From: Eledone cirrhosa
Lineage: Eukaryota
Assembly: GCA_964016885.1 (NCBI GenBank)
Contig: OZ024748.1
Location: 35,526,001-35,590,000 of the forward strand
DNA length: 64,000 bases
Direction of reading: 5' to 3'
This document shows, piece after piece, positions 52,301 to 64,000 of the stretch. The notes below the pieces were generated by a model. The model was not told where the DNA came from, did no database searches, and saw only the letters and a program-made list of their open reading frames with translations. How positions within the stretch are numbered: the stretch's first letter is position 1; each line of letters begins with the position of its first letter. The translations under genes were made by a program, and so were the position numbers.

Positions 52301-55300
52301 TGGTTGTTGTTATTGTTGTAGTGCTATTGTTACAGTTGTTATTGTTGTTGTTACTGTTGTAGAGCTATTGTTACAGTTGTTATTGTTGTTGTTACTGTTG
52401 TAGTGCTATTGTTACATTTGTTATTGTCGTTGTTACTGTTGTAGAGATATTGTTACAGTTGTTATTGTTGTTGTTACTGTTGTAGAGCTATTGTTACAGT
52501 TGTTATTGTTGTTACTGTTGTAGAGCTATTGTTACAGTTGTTATTGTTGTTGTTACTGTTGTAGAGCTATTGTTACAGTTGTTATTGTTGTTACTGTTGT
52601 AGAGCTATTGTTACAGTTGTTATTGTTGTTGTTACTGTTGTAGTGCTATTGTTACAGTTGTTATTGTTGTTGTTACTGTTGTAGTGCTATTGTTTCAGTT
52701 GTTATTGTTGTTGTTACTGTTGTAGAGCTATTGTTACAGTTGTTGTAGTTACTGTTGTAGTGCTTTTGTTACAGTTGTTAACGTTGTTGTTACTGTTGTA
52801 GTGCTATTTTTACAGTTGTTATTGTTGTTGTTAATGTTGTAGTGCTATTTTTACAGTTGTTATTGTTGTTGTTACTGTTGTAGATCTATTGTTACAGTTG
52901 TTATTGTTGTTACTGCTGTAGTGCTATTGTTACAGTTGTTATTGTTGTTGTTACTGTTGTAGTGCTATTGTTACAGTTGTTGTTGTTACTGTTGTAGTGC
53001 TATTGTTACAGTTGTTATTGTTGTTGTTACTGTTGTAGTGCTATTGTTACAGTTGTTATTGTTGTTGGTACTGTTGTAGAGCTATTGTTTCAGTTGTTAT
53101 TGTTGTTACTGTTGTAGAGCTATTGTTACGGTTGTTAATGTTGTTGTTACTGTTGTAGAGCTATTGTTACAGTTGTCATTGTTGTTGTTACTGTTGTAGA
53201 GCTACTGCTTCAGTTGTTATTGTTGTTGTTACTGTTGTAGTGCTATTGTTACAGTTGTTATTGTTGTTGTTACTGTTGTAGTGCTATTGTTACAGTTGTT
53301 ATTGTTGTTGTTACTGTTGTAGTGCTATTGTTACAGTTGTTATTGTTGTTGTTACTGTTGTAGTGCTATTGTTACAGTTGTTATTGTTGTTGTTACTGTT
53401 GTAGAGCTATTGTTACAGTTGTTATTGTTGTTGTTACTGTTGTAGTGCTATTGTTACAGTTGTCATTGTTGTTGTTACTGTTGTAGTGCAATTGTTACAG
53501 TTGTTACTGTTGTTACTGTTGTAGTGCTATTGTTACAGTTGTTATTGTTGTTGTTACTGTTGTAGAGCTATTGTTACAAATGTTATTGTTGTTGTTAATG
53601 TTGTAGTTTTATTGTTACAGTTGTTATTGTTGTTGTTACTGTTGTAGTGCTATTGTTACAGTTGTTATTGTTACTGTTGTAGAGCAATTGTTACAGTTGT
53701 TATTGTTGTTGTTACTGTTGTAGTGCTATTGTTACAGTTGTTATTGTTGTTGTTACTGTTGCAGTGCTATTGTTACAGTTGTTATTGTTGTTTTTACTGT
53801 TGTAGTGCTATTGTTACAGTTGTTATTGTTGTTGTTACTGTTGTAGAGCTATTGTTACAGGTGTTATTGTTGTTGTTAATGTTGTAGTGCTATTGTTACA
53901 GTTGTTATTGTTGTTGTTACTGTTGTAGCGCTATTGTTACAGTTGTTATTGTTATTGTTACTGTTGTAGTGCTATTGTTACAGTTGTTATTGTTGTTGTT
54001 ACTGTTATAGTGCTATTGTTACAGTTGTTATTGTTACTGTTGTAGAGCAATTGTTACAGTCGTTATTGTTGTTGTTACTGTTATAGAGCTATCGTTACAG
54101 TTGTTATTGTTGTTACTGTTGTAGTGCTATTGTTACAGTTGTTATTGTTGTTGTTACTGTTGTAGTGCTATTGTTACAGTTGTTATTGTTGTTGTTACTG
54201 TTGTAGTGCTATTGTTACAGTTGTTATTGTTGTTGTTACTGATGTAGAGCTATTGTTACAGTTGTTATTGCTGTTGTTACTGTTGTAGTGCTATTGTTAC
54301 AGTTGTTATTGTTGTTGTTACTGTTGTAGAGCTATTGTTACAGTTGTTATTTTTGTTGTTACTGTTGTAGAGCTATTGTTTCAGTTGTTGTTGTTGTTAC
54401 TGTTGTAGTGCTATTGTTACAGTTGTTATTATTACTGTTGTAGAGCTATTGTAACAGTTGTTATTGTTGTTGTTACTGTTGTAGTGCTATTGTTACAGTT
54501 GTTATTGTTGTTGTTACTGTTGTAGTGCTATTGTTACATTTGTTATTGTTGTTACTGTTGTAGAGCTATTGTTACAGTTGTTATTGTTATTGTTACTGTT
54601 GTAGTGCTATTGTTACAGTTGTTATTGTTGTTGTTACTGTTGTAGAGCTATTGTTTCAGTTGTTATTGTTGTTACTGTTGTAGAGCTATTGTTACGGTTG
54701 TTATTGTTTTTGTTACTGTTGTAGAGCTATTGTTACAGTTGTAATTGTTGTTGTTACTGTTGTAGCGCTATTGTTTCAGTTGTTATTGTTGTTGTTACTG
54801 TTGTAGTGCTATTGTTACAGTTGTTATTGTTACTGTTGTAGGGCAATTGTTACAGTTGTTATTGTTGTTGTTACTGTTGTAGAGCTATTGTTTCACTTGT
54901 TATTGTTGTTGTACTGTTGTAGTGCTATTGTTACAGTTGTTGTTGTTGTTGTTACTGTTGTAGAGCTATTGTTACAGTGGTTGTTGTTATTGTTGTAGTG
55001 CTATTGTTACAGTTGTTATTGTTGTTGTTACTGTTGTAGAGCTATTGTTACAGTTGTTATTGTTGTTGTTACTGTTGTAGTGCTATTGTTACAGTTGTTA
55101 TTGTCGTTGTTACTGTTGTAGAGATATTGTTACAGTTGTTATTGTTGTTGTTACTGTTGTAGAGCTATTGTTACAGTTGTTATTGTTGTTGTTACTGTTG
55201 TAGTACTATTGTTACAGTTGTTATTGTTGTTGTTACTGTTGTAGTGCTATTGTTACAGTTGTTATTGTTATTGTTACTGTTGTAGTGCTATTGTTACAGT

Positions 55301-58300
55301 TGTTATTGTTGTTGTTACTGTTGTAGTGCTATTGTTACAGTTGTTATTGTTGTTGTTACTGTTGTAGAGCTATTGTTACAGTTGTTGTAGTTACTGTTGT
55401 AGTGCTTTTGTTACAGTTGTTAACGTTGTTGTTACTGTTGTAGTGCTATTTTTACAGTTGTTATTGTTGTTGTTAATGTTGTAGTGCTATTTTTACAGTT
55501 GTTATTGTTGTTGTTACTGTTGTAGATCTATTGTTACAGTTGTTATTGTTGTTACTGCTGTAGTGCTATTGTTACAGTTGTTATTGTTGTTGTTACTGTT
55601 GTAGTGCTATTGTTACAGTTGTTGTTGTTACTGTTGTAGTGCTATTGTTACAGTTGTTATTGTTGTTGTTACTGTTGTAGTGCTATTGTTACAGTTGTTA
55701 TTGTTGTTGGTACTGTTGTAGAGCTATTGTTTCAGTTGTTATTGTTGTTACTGTTGTAGCGCTATTGTTACGGTTGTTAATGTTGTTGTTACTGTTGTAG
55801 AGCTATTGTTACAGTTGTCATTGTTGTTGTTACTGTTGTAGAGCTACTGCTTCAGTTGTTATTGTTGTTGTTACTGTTGTAGTGCTATTGTTACAGTTGT
55901 TATTGTTGTTGTTACTGTTGTAGTGCTATTGTTACAGTTGTTATTGTTGTTGTTACTGTTGTAGAGCTATTGTTACAGTTGTTATTGTTGTTGTTACTGT
56001 TGTAGTGCTATTGTTGCAGTTGTTGTAGTTACTGTTGTAGTGCTTTTGTTACAGTTGTTATTGTTGTTGTTACTGTTGTAGTGCAATTGTTACAGTTGTT
56101 ATTGTTGTTACTGTTGTAGAGCTATTGTTACATATGTTATTGTTGTTGTTACTGTTGTAGTTTTATTGTTACAGTTGTTATTGTTGTTGTTACTGTTGTA
56201 GAGCTACTGTTTCAGTTGTTATTGTTGTTGTTACTGTTATAGTGCTATTGTTACAGTTGTTATTGTTGTTACTGCTGTAGTGCAATTGTTACAGTTGTTA
56301 TTGTTGTTGTTACTGTTGTAGTGCTATTGTTACAGTTGTTGTTGTTACTGTTGAAGTGCTATTGTTACAGTTGTTATTGTTGTTGTTACTGTTGTAGTGC
56401 TATTGTTACAGTTGTTATTGTTGTTGGTACTGTTGTAGAGCTATTGTTTCAGTTGTTATTGTTGTTACTGTTGTAGAGCTATTGTTACGGTTGTTAATGT
56501 TGTTGTTACTGTTGTAGTGCTATTGTTGCAGTTGTTGTAGTTACTGTTGTAGTGCTTTTGTTACAGTTGTTATTGTTGTTGTTACTGTTGTAGTGCAATT
56601 GTTACAGTTGTTATTGTTGTTACTGTTGTAGAGCTATTGTTACATATGTTATTGTTGTTGTTACTGTTGTAGTTTTATTGTTACAGTTGTTATTGTTGTT
56701 GTTACTGTTGTAGAGCTACTGTTTCAGTTGTTATAGTTGTTGTTACTGTTGTAGTGCTATTGTTACAGTTGTTATTGTTGTTGTTACTGTTGTAGTGCTA
56801 TTGTTACAGTTGTTATTGTTGTTGTTACTGTTGTAGTGCTATTGTTACAGTTGTTATTGTTGTTGTTACTGTTGTAGTGCTATTGTTACAGTTGTTATTG
56901 TTGTTGTTACTGTTGTAGAGCTATTGTTACACTTGTTATTGTTGTTGTTACTGTTGTAGTGCTATTGTTACAGTTGTCATTGTTGTTGTTACTGTTGTAG
57001 TGCAATTGTTACAGTTGTTACTGTTGTTACTGTTGTAGTGCTATTGTTACAGTTGTTATTGTTGTTGTTACTGTTGTAGAGCTATTGTTACAAATGTTAT
57101 TGTTGTTGTTAATGTTGTAGTTTTATTGTTACAGTTGTTATTGTTGTTGTTACTGTTGTAGTGCTATTGTTACAGTTGTTATTGTTACTGTTGTAGAGCA
57201 ATTGTTACAGTTGTTATTGTTGTTGTTACTGTTGTAGTGCTATTGTTACAGTTGTTATTGTTGTTGTTACTGTTGTAGTGCTATTGTTACAGTTGTTATT
57301 GTTGTTGTTACTGTTGTAGTGCTATTGTTACAGTTGTTATTGTTGTTGTTACTGTTGTAGAGCTATTGTTACACATGTTATTGTTGTTGTTAATGTTGTA
57401 GTGCTATTGTTACAGTTGTTATTGTTGTTGTTACTGTTGTAGCGCTATTGTTACTGTTGCTGTTGTTACTGTTGTAGAGCAATTGTTACAGTCGTTATTG
57501 TTGTTGTTACTGTTATAGAGCTATCGTTACAGTTATTATTGTTACTGTTGTAGAGCAATTGTTACAGTCGTTATTGTTGTTGTTACTGTTATAGAGCTAT
57601 CGTTACAGTTGTTATTGTTGTTACTGTTGTAGAGCTATTGTTACAGTTGTTATTGTTGTTGTTACTGTTGTAGAGCTATTGTTACAGTTGTTATTGTTGT
57701 TGTTACTGTTGTAGTACTATTGTTACAGTTGTTATTGTTGTTGTTACTGTTGTAGTGCTATTGTTACAGTTGTTATTGTTATTGTTACTGTTGTAGTGCT
57801 ATTGTTACAGTTGTTATTGTTGTTGTTACTGTTGTAGTGCTATTGTTACAGTTGTTATTGTTGTTGTTACTGTTGTAGAGCTATTGTTACAGTTGTTGTA
57901 GTTACTGTTGTAGTGCTTTTGTTACAGTTGTTAACGTTGTTGTTACTGTTGTAGTGCTATTTTTACAGTTGTTATTGTTGTTGTTAATGTTGTAGTGCTA
58001 TTTTTACAGTTGTTATTGTTGTTGTTACTGTTGTAGATCTATTGTTACAGTTGTTATTGTTGTTACTGCTGTAGTGCTATTGTTACAGTTGTTATTGTTG
58101 TTGTTACTGTTGTAGTGCTATTGTTACAGTTGTTGTTGTTACTGTTGTAGTGCTATTGTTACAGTTGTTATTGTTGTTGTTACTGTTGTAGTGCTATTGT
58201 TACAGTTGTTATTGTTGTTGGTACTGTTGTAGAGCTATTGTTTCAGTTGTTATTGTTGTTACTGTTGTAGCGCTATTGTTACGGTTGTTAATGTTGTTGT

Positions 58301-61300
58301 TACTGTTGTAGAGCTATTGTTACAGTTGTCATTGTTGTTGTTACTGTTGTAGAGCTACTGCTTCAGTTGTTATTGTTGTTGTTACTGTTGTAGTGCTATT
58401 GTTACAGTTGTTATTGTTGTTGTTACTGTTGTAGTGCTATTGTTACAGTTGTTATTGTTGTTGTTACTGTTGTAGAGCTATTGTTACAGTTGTTATTGTT
58501 GTTGTTACTGTTGTAGTGCTATTGTTGCAGTTGTTGTAGTTACTGTTGTAGTGCTTTTGTTACAGTTGTTATTGTTGTTGTTACTGTTGTAGTGCAATTG
58601 TTACAGTTGTTATTGTTGTTACTGTTGTAGAGCTATTGTTACATATGTTATTGTTGTTGTTACTGTTGTAGTTTTATTGTTACAGTTGTTATTGTTGTTG
58701 TTACTGTTGTAGAGCTACTGTTTCAGTTGTTATTGTTGTTGTTACTGTTGTAGTGCTATTGTTACAGTTGTTATTGTTGTTACTGCTGTAGTGCAATTGT
58801 TACAGTTGTTATTGTTGCTGTTACTGTTGTAGTGCTATTGTTACAGTTATTGTTGTTACTGTTGTAGTGCTATTGTTACAGCTGTTATTGTTGTTGTTAC
58901 TGTTGTAGTGCTATTGTTACAGTTGTTATTGTTGTTGGTACTGTTGTAGAGCTATTGTTTCAGTTGTTATTGTTGTTACTGTTGTAGAGCTATTGTTACG
59001 GTTGTTAATGTTGTTGTTACTGTTGTAGTGCTATTGTTGCAGTTGTTGTAGTTACTGTTGTAGTGCTTTTGTTACAGTTGTTATTGTTGTTGTTACTGTT
59101 GTAGTGCAATTGTTACAGTTGTTATTGTTGTTACTGTTGTAGAGCTATTGTTACATATGTTATTGTTGTTGTTACTGTTGTAGTTTTATTGTTACAGTTG
59201 TTATTGTTGTTGTTACTGTTGTAGAGCTACTGTTTCAGTTGTTATTGTTGTTGTTACTGTTGTAGTGCTATTGTTACAGTTGTTATTGTTGTTGTTACTG
59301 TTGTAGTGCTATTGTTACAGTTGTTATTGTTGTTGTTACTGTTGTAGTGCTATTGTTACAGTTGTTATTGTTGTTGTTACTGTTGTAGTGCTATTGTTAC
59401 AGTTGTTATTGTTGTTGTTACTGTTGTAGAGCTATTGTTACACTTGTTATTGTTGTTGTTACTGTTGTAGTGCTATTGTTACAGTTGTCATTGTTGTTGT
59501 TACTGTTGTAGTGCAATTGTTACAGTTGTTACTGTTGTTACTGTTGTAGTGCTATTGTTACAGTTGTTATTGTTGTTGTTACTGTTGTAGAGCTATTGTT
59601 ACAAATGTTATTGTTGTTGTTAATGTTGTAGTTTTATTGTTACAGTTGTTATTGTTGTTGTTACTGTTGTAGTGCTATTGTTACAGTTGTTATTGTTACT
59701 GTTGTAGAGCAATTGTTACAGTTGTTATTGTTGTTGTTACTGTTGTAGTGCTATTGTTACAGTTGTTATTGTTGTTGTTACTGTTGTAGTGCTATTGTTA
59801 CAGTTGTTATTGTTGTTGTTACTGTTGTAGTGCTATTGTTACAGTTGTTATTGTTGTTGTTACTGTTGTAGAGCTATTGTTACACATGTTATTGTTGTTG
59901 TTAATGTTGTAGTGCTATTGTTACAGTTGTTATTGTTGTTGTTACTGTTGTAGCGCTATTGTTACAGTTGTTATTGTTATTGTTACTGTTGTAGTGCTAT
60001 TGTTACAGTTGTTATTGTTGTTGTTACTGTTATAGTGCTATTGTTACAGTTGTTATTGTTACTGTTGTAGAGCAATTGTTACAGTCGTTATTGTTGTTGT
60101 TACTGTTATAGAGCTATCGTTACAGTTGTTATTGTTGTTAATGTTGTAGAGCTATTGTTACAGTTGTTATTGTTGTTGTTACTGTTGTAGTGCAATTGTT
60201 ACAGTTGTTATTGTTGTTGTTACTGTTGTAGTGCTATTGTTACAGTTGTTATTGTTGTTGTTTCTGATGTAGAGCTATTGTTACAGTTGTTATTGCTGTT
60301 GTTACTGTTGTAATGCTATTGTTACAGTTGTTATTGTTGTTGTTACTGTTGTAGAGCTATTGTTACAGTTGTTATTTTTGTTGTTACAGTTATAGAGCTA
60401 TTGTTTCAGTTGTTGTTGTTGTTACTGTTGTAGTGCTATTGTTACAGTTGTTATTGTTACTGTTGTAGAGCAATTGTTACAGTTGTTATTGTTACTGTTG
60501 TAGAGCTATTGTAACAGTTGTTATTGTTGTTGTTACTGTTGTAGTGCTATTGTTACAGTTGTTATTGTTGTTGTTACTGTTGTAGTGCTATTGTTACATT
60601 TGTTATTGTTGTTACTGTTGTAGAACTATTGTTACAGTTGTTATTGTTGTTGTTACTGTTGTAGTGCTATTGTTACAGTTGTTATTGTTGTTGTTACTGT
60701 TGTAGTGCTATTGTTACAGTTGTTATTGTTGTTGTTACTGTTGTAGAGCTATTGTTACACTTGTTATTGTTGTTGTTACTGTTGTAGTGCTATTTTTACA
60801 GTTGTCATTGTTGTTGTTACTGTTGTAGTGCAATTGTTACAGTTGTTACTGTTGTTACTGTTGTAGTGCTATTGTTACAGTTGTTATTGTTGTTGTTACT
60901 GTTGTAGAGCTATTGTTACAAATGTTATTGTTGTTGTTAATGTTGTAGTTTTATTGTTACAGTTGTTATTGTTGTTGTTACTGTTGTAGTGCTATTGTTA
61001 CAGTTGTTATTGTTACTGTTGTAGTGCTATTGTTACAGTTGTTATTGTTGTTGTTACTGTTGTAGTGCTATTGTTACAGTTGTTATTGTTGTTGTTACTG
61101 TTGTAGAGCTATTGTTACACATGTTATTGTTGTTGTTAATGTTGTAGTCCTATTGTTACAGTTGTTATTGTTGTTGTTACTGTTGTAGCGCTATTGTTAC
61201 AGTTGTTATTGTTATTGTTACTGTTGTAGTGCTATTGTTACAGTTGTTATTGTTGTTGTTACTGTTATAGTGCTATTGTTACAGTTGTTATTGTTACTGT

Positions 61301-62300
61301 TGTAGAGCAATTGTTACAGTCGTTATTGTTGTTGTTACTGTTATAGAGCTATCGTTACAGTTGTTATTGTTGTTACTGTTGTAGAGCTATTGTTACAGTT
61401 GTTATTGTTGTTGTTACTGTTGTAGTGCTATTGTTACAGTTGTTATTGTTGTTGTTACTGTTGTAGTGCTATTGTTACAGTTGTTATTGTTGTTGTTTCT
61501 GATGTAGAGCTATTGTTACAGTTGTTATTGCTGTTGTTACTGTTGTAGTGCTATAGTTACAGTTGTTATTGTTGTTGTTACTGTTGTAGAGCTATTGTTA
61601 CAGTTGTTATTTTTGTTGCTACAGTTATAGAGCTATTGTTTCAGTTGTTGTTGTTGTTACTGTTGTAGTGCTATTGTTACAGTTGTTATTGTTACTGTTG
61701 TACAGCAATTATTACAGTTGTTATTGTTACTGTTGTAGAGCTATTGTAACAGTTGTTATTGTTGTTGTTACTGTTGTAGTGCTATTGTTACAGTTGTTAT
61801 TGTTGTTGTTACTGTTGTAGTGCTATTGTTACATTTGTTATTGTTGTTACTGTTGTAGAGCTATTGTTACAGTTGTTATTGTTGTTGTTACTGTTGTAGT
61901 GCTATTGTTACAGTTGTTATTGTTGTTGTTACTGTTGTAGAGCTATTGTTTCAGTTGTTATTGTTGTTACTGTTGTAGAGCTATTGTTAAGGTTGTTATT
62001 GTTTTTGTTACTGTTGTAGAGCTATTGTTACAGTTGTTATTGTTGTTGTTACTGTTGTAGCGCTATTGTTTCAGTTGTTATTGTTGTTGTTACTGTTGTA
62101 GTGCTATTGTTACAGTTGTTATTGTTACTGTTGTAGGGCAATTGTTACAGTTGTTATTGTTGTTGTTACTGTTGTAGAGCTATTGTTTCACTTGTTATTG
62201 TTGTTGTACTGTTGTAGTGCTATTGTTACAGTTGTTGTTGTTGTTGTTACTGTTGTAGAGCTATTGTTACAGTGGTTGTTGTTATTGTTGTAGTGCTATT
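49400..62300. repeat. Mosaic of ~2.5-3.1-kb higher-order repeats in the distal satellite domain
   Basis: The cassette TGCTTTTG...TAACGTTG...TATTTTTACAG...AGATCT recurs, with TAACG at 49681, 52779, 55421 and 57932. ACACATG occurs at 57371/59882 (offset 2511). Confidence 0.75.
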
Positions 62301-64000
62301 GTTACAGTTGTTTTTGTTGTTGTTACTGTTGTAGTGTTATTGTTGCGCTTGTTATTGTTGTTACTGTTGTAGTGCTATTGTTACAGTTGTTATTGTTGTT
62401 GTTACTGTTGAGGTGCTATTGTTACAGTTGTTATTGTTGTTGTTACTGTTGTAGAGCTATTGATACAGTTGTTGTTGTTACTGTTGTAGTGCTATTGTTA
62501 CAGTTGTTATTGTTGTTGTTACTGTTGTAGTGCTATTGTTACAGTTCTTATTGTTGTTGTTGTAGTGCTATTGTTGCAGTTGTTATTGTTGTTACTGTTG
62601 TAGTGCTATTGTTACAGTTGTTATTGTTGTTGTTACTGTTGAGGTGCTATTGTTACAGTTGTTATTGTTGTTGTTACTGTTGTAGTGGTATTATTACAGT
62701 TGTTATTGTTGTTGTTACTGTTGTAGTGTTATTGTCGCAGTTGTTATTTTTGTTACTGTCGTAGTGCTATTGTTACAGTTGTTATTGTTGTTGTTACTGA
62801 TGAGGTGCTATTGTTACAGTTGTTATTGTTGTTGTTACTGTTGTAGTGCTATTGTTACAGTTGTTAATTGTTGTTGTTACTGTTGTAATGCTATTGTTGC
62901 AGTTGTTATTGTTGTTACTCTTGTAGTGCTATTGTTACAATAGTTATTGTTGTTGTTACTGTTGTAGTGCTATTGTTACAGTTCTTGTTGTTGTTGTTAC
63001 TGTTGTAGTGCTATTGTTAGAGTTGTTATTGTTGTTGTTACTGTTGTAGTGCTATTGTTACAGTTGTTATTGTTGTTACTGCTGTAGTGCTATTGTTACA
63101 GTTGTTATTGTTGTTGTTACTGTTGTAGAGCTATTGTTACAGTTGTTATTGTTGTCACAGTTGTAGTGCTATTGTTACAGCTCTTATTGTTGTTATTACT
63201 GTTGTAGTGCTATTGTTACAGTTGTTATTGATGTTGTTACTGTTGTAAAGCTATTGTTACAGTTGTTATTGTTGTTGTTACTGTTGTAGTGCTATTGTTT
63301 CAGTTGTTATTGTTGTTGTTACTGTTGTAGTGCTATTGTTACAGTTGTTTTTGTTGTTGTTACTGTTGTAGTGCAATTGTTACAGTTGTTATTGTTGTTG
63401 TTACTTTTGTAGTGCTATTGTTACAGTTGTTATTGTGGTTGTTACTGTTGTAGTGCTATTGTTACAGTTGTTATCGCTGTTGTTACTGTTGTAGTGCTAT
63501 TGTTATAGTTGTTATTGTTGTTGTTACTGTTGTAGAGCTATTGTTACAGTTGTTATTGTTGTTGTTACTGTTGTAGTGCTATTGTTACAGTTGTTATTGT
63601 TACTGTTGTAGAGCTATTGTTACACTTGTTATTGTTGTTGTTACTGTTGTAGAGCTATTGTTACAGTTGTTATTGTTGTTGTTACTCTTGTAGAGCTATT
63701 GTTTCAGTTGTTATTGTTGTTGTTACTTTTGTAGTGCTATTGTTACAGTTGTTATTGTGGTTGTTACTGTTGTAGTGCTATTGTTACAGTTGTTATCGCT
63801 GTTGTTACTGTTGTAGTGCTATTGTTATAGTTGTTATTGTTGTTGTTACTGTTATAGTGCAATTGTTACAGTTGTTATTGTTGTTACTGTTGTAGAGCTA
63901 TTGTTACAGTTCTTATTGTTGCTGTTACTGTTGTAGTGCTAGTGTTACAGTTGTTATTGTTGTTGTTACTGTTGTAATGCTATTGTTACAGTTGTTGTTG

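Larger units (their letters stand above)
14401..64000. repeat. T/G-rich satellite array with 41-bp consensus TATTGTTACAGTTGTTATTGTTGTTGTTACTGTTGTAG(T/A)GC and 38/35-bp variants lacking one or two TTG triplets; over 1200 units; truncated by the window end
   Basis: The period was read directly (TATTGTTACA starts at 18011 and again at 18052). Consensus composition is 22 T, 10 G, 6 A, 3 C. The array is continuous except for two 191-bp inserts. Confidence 0.98.

Noticed and set aside
14401-64000. CRISPR array
   Set aside because: The repeats are contiguous with no unique spacers and no cas genes. The only inserts are two identical 191-bp elements with TSDs.
14401-64000. Telomeric repeat or G-quadruplex array
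   Set aside because: The strand is T/G-rich but lacks TTAGGG-type units and G-runs. A subtelomeric location cannot be judged from this window.
14401-64000. Protein-coding repeat in the 41-bp satellite
   Set aside because: 41, 38 and 35 are not multiples of 3, so the TAG on the + strand and the TAA codons on the - strand rotate through all frames. The ORF track is empty beyond 14466.

Overview
This window is eukaryotic repetitive DNA with no credible protein-coding gene. Bases 1-14132 are a C-rich 21-bp minisatellite (core TCTGACCTCCA[A/G]GT) built from three unit types, usually as 63-bp trimers, with an internal ~1.57-kb tandem duplication. A ~110-bp unique spacer and a short degenerate (TTG)n microsatellite follow. 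These grade into a ~49.6-kb T/G-rich satellite (41-bp monomer, with 38- and 35-bp variants) that runs off the end of the window. That satellite has nested higher-order duplications (about 1.8, 2.5, 3.0 and 10.2 kb). It also carries two identical copies of a 191-bp tRNA-derived SINE-like element, each with a 17-bp target-site duplication. From memory the element resembles octopus SINEs, which suggests a cephalopod genome, but this needs a database search. All ORFs in the supplied track are explained by repeat periodicity. I found no evidence of a new multi-gene system. The most informative signals are the SINE insertion with its empty paralogous sites, the order of array duplications this reveals, and the apparent microsatellite-to-satellite transition. 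Duplication boundaries were read by eye from rare variant markers and are approximate.
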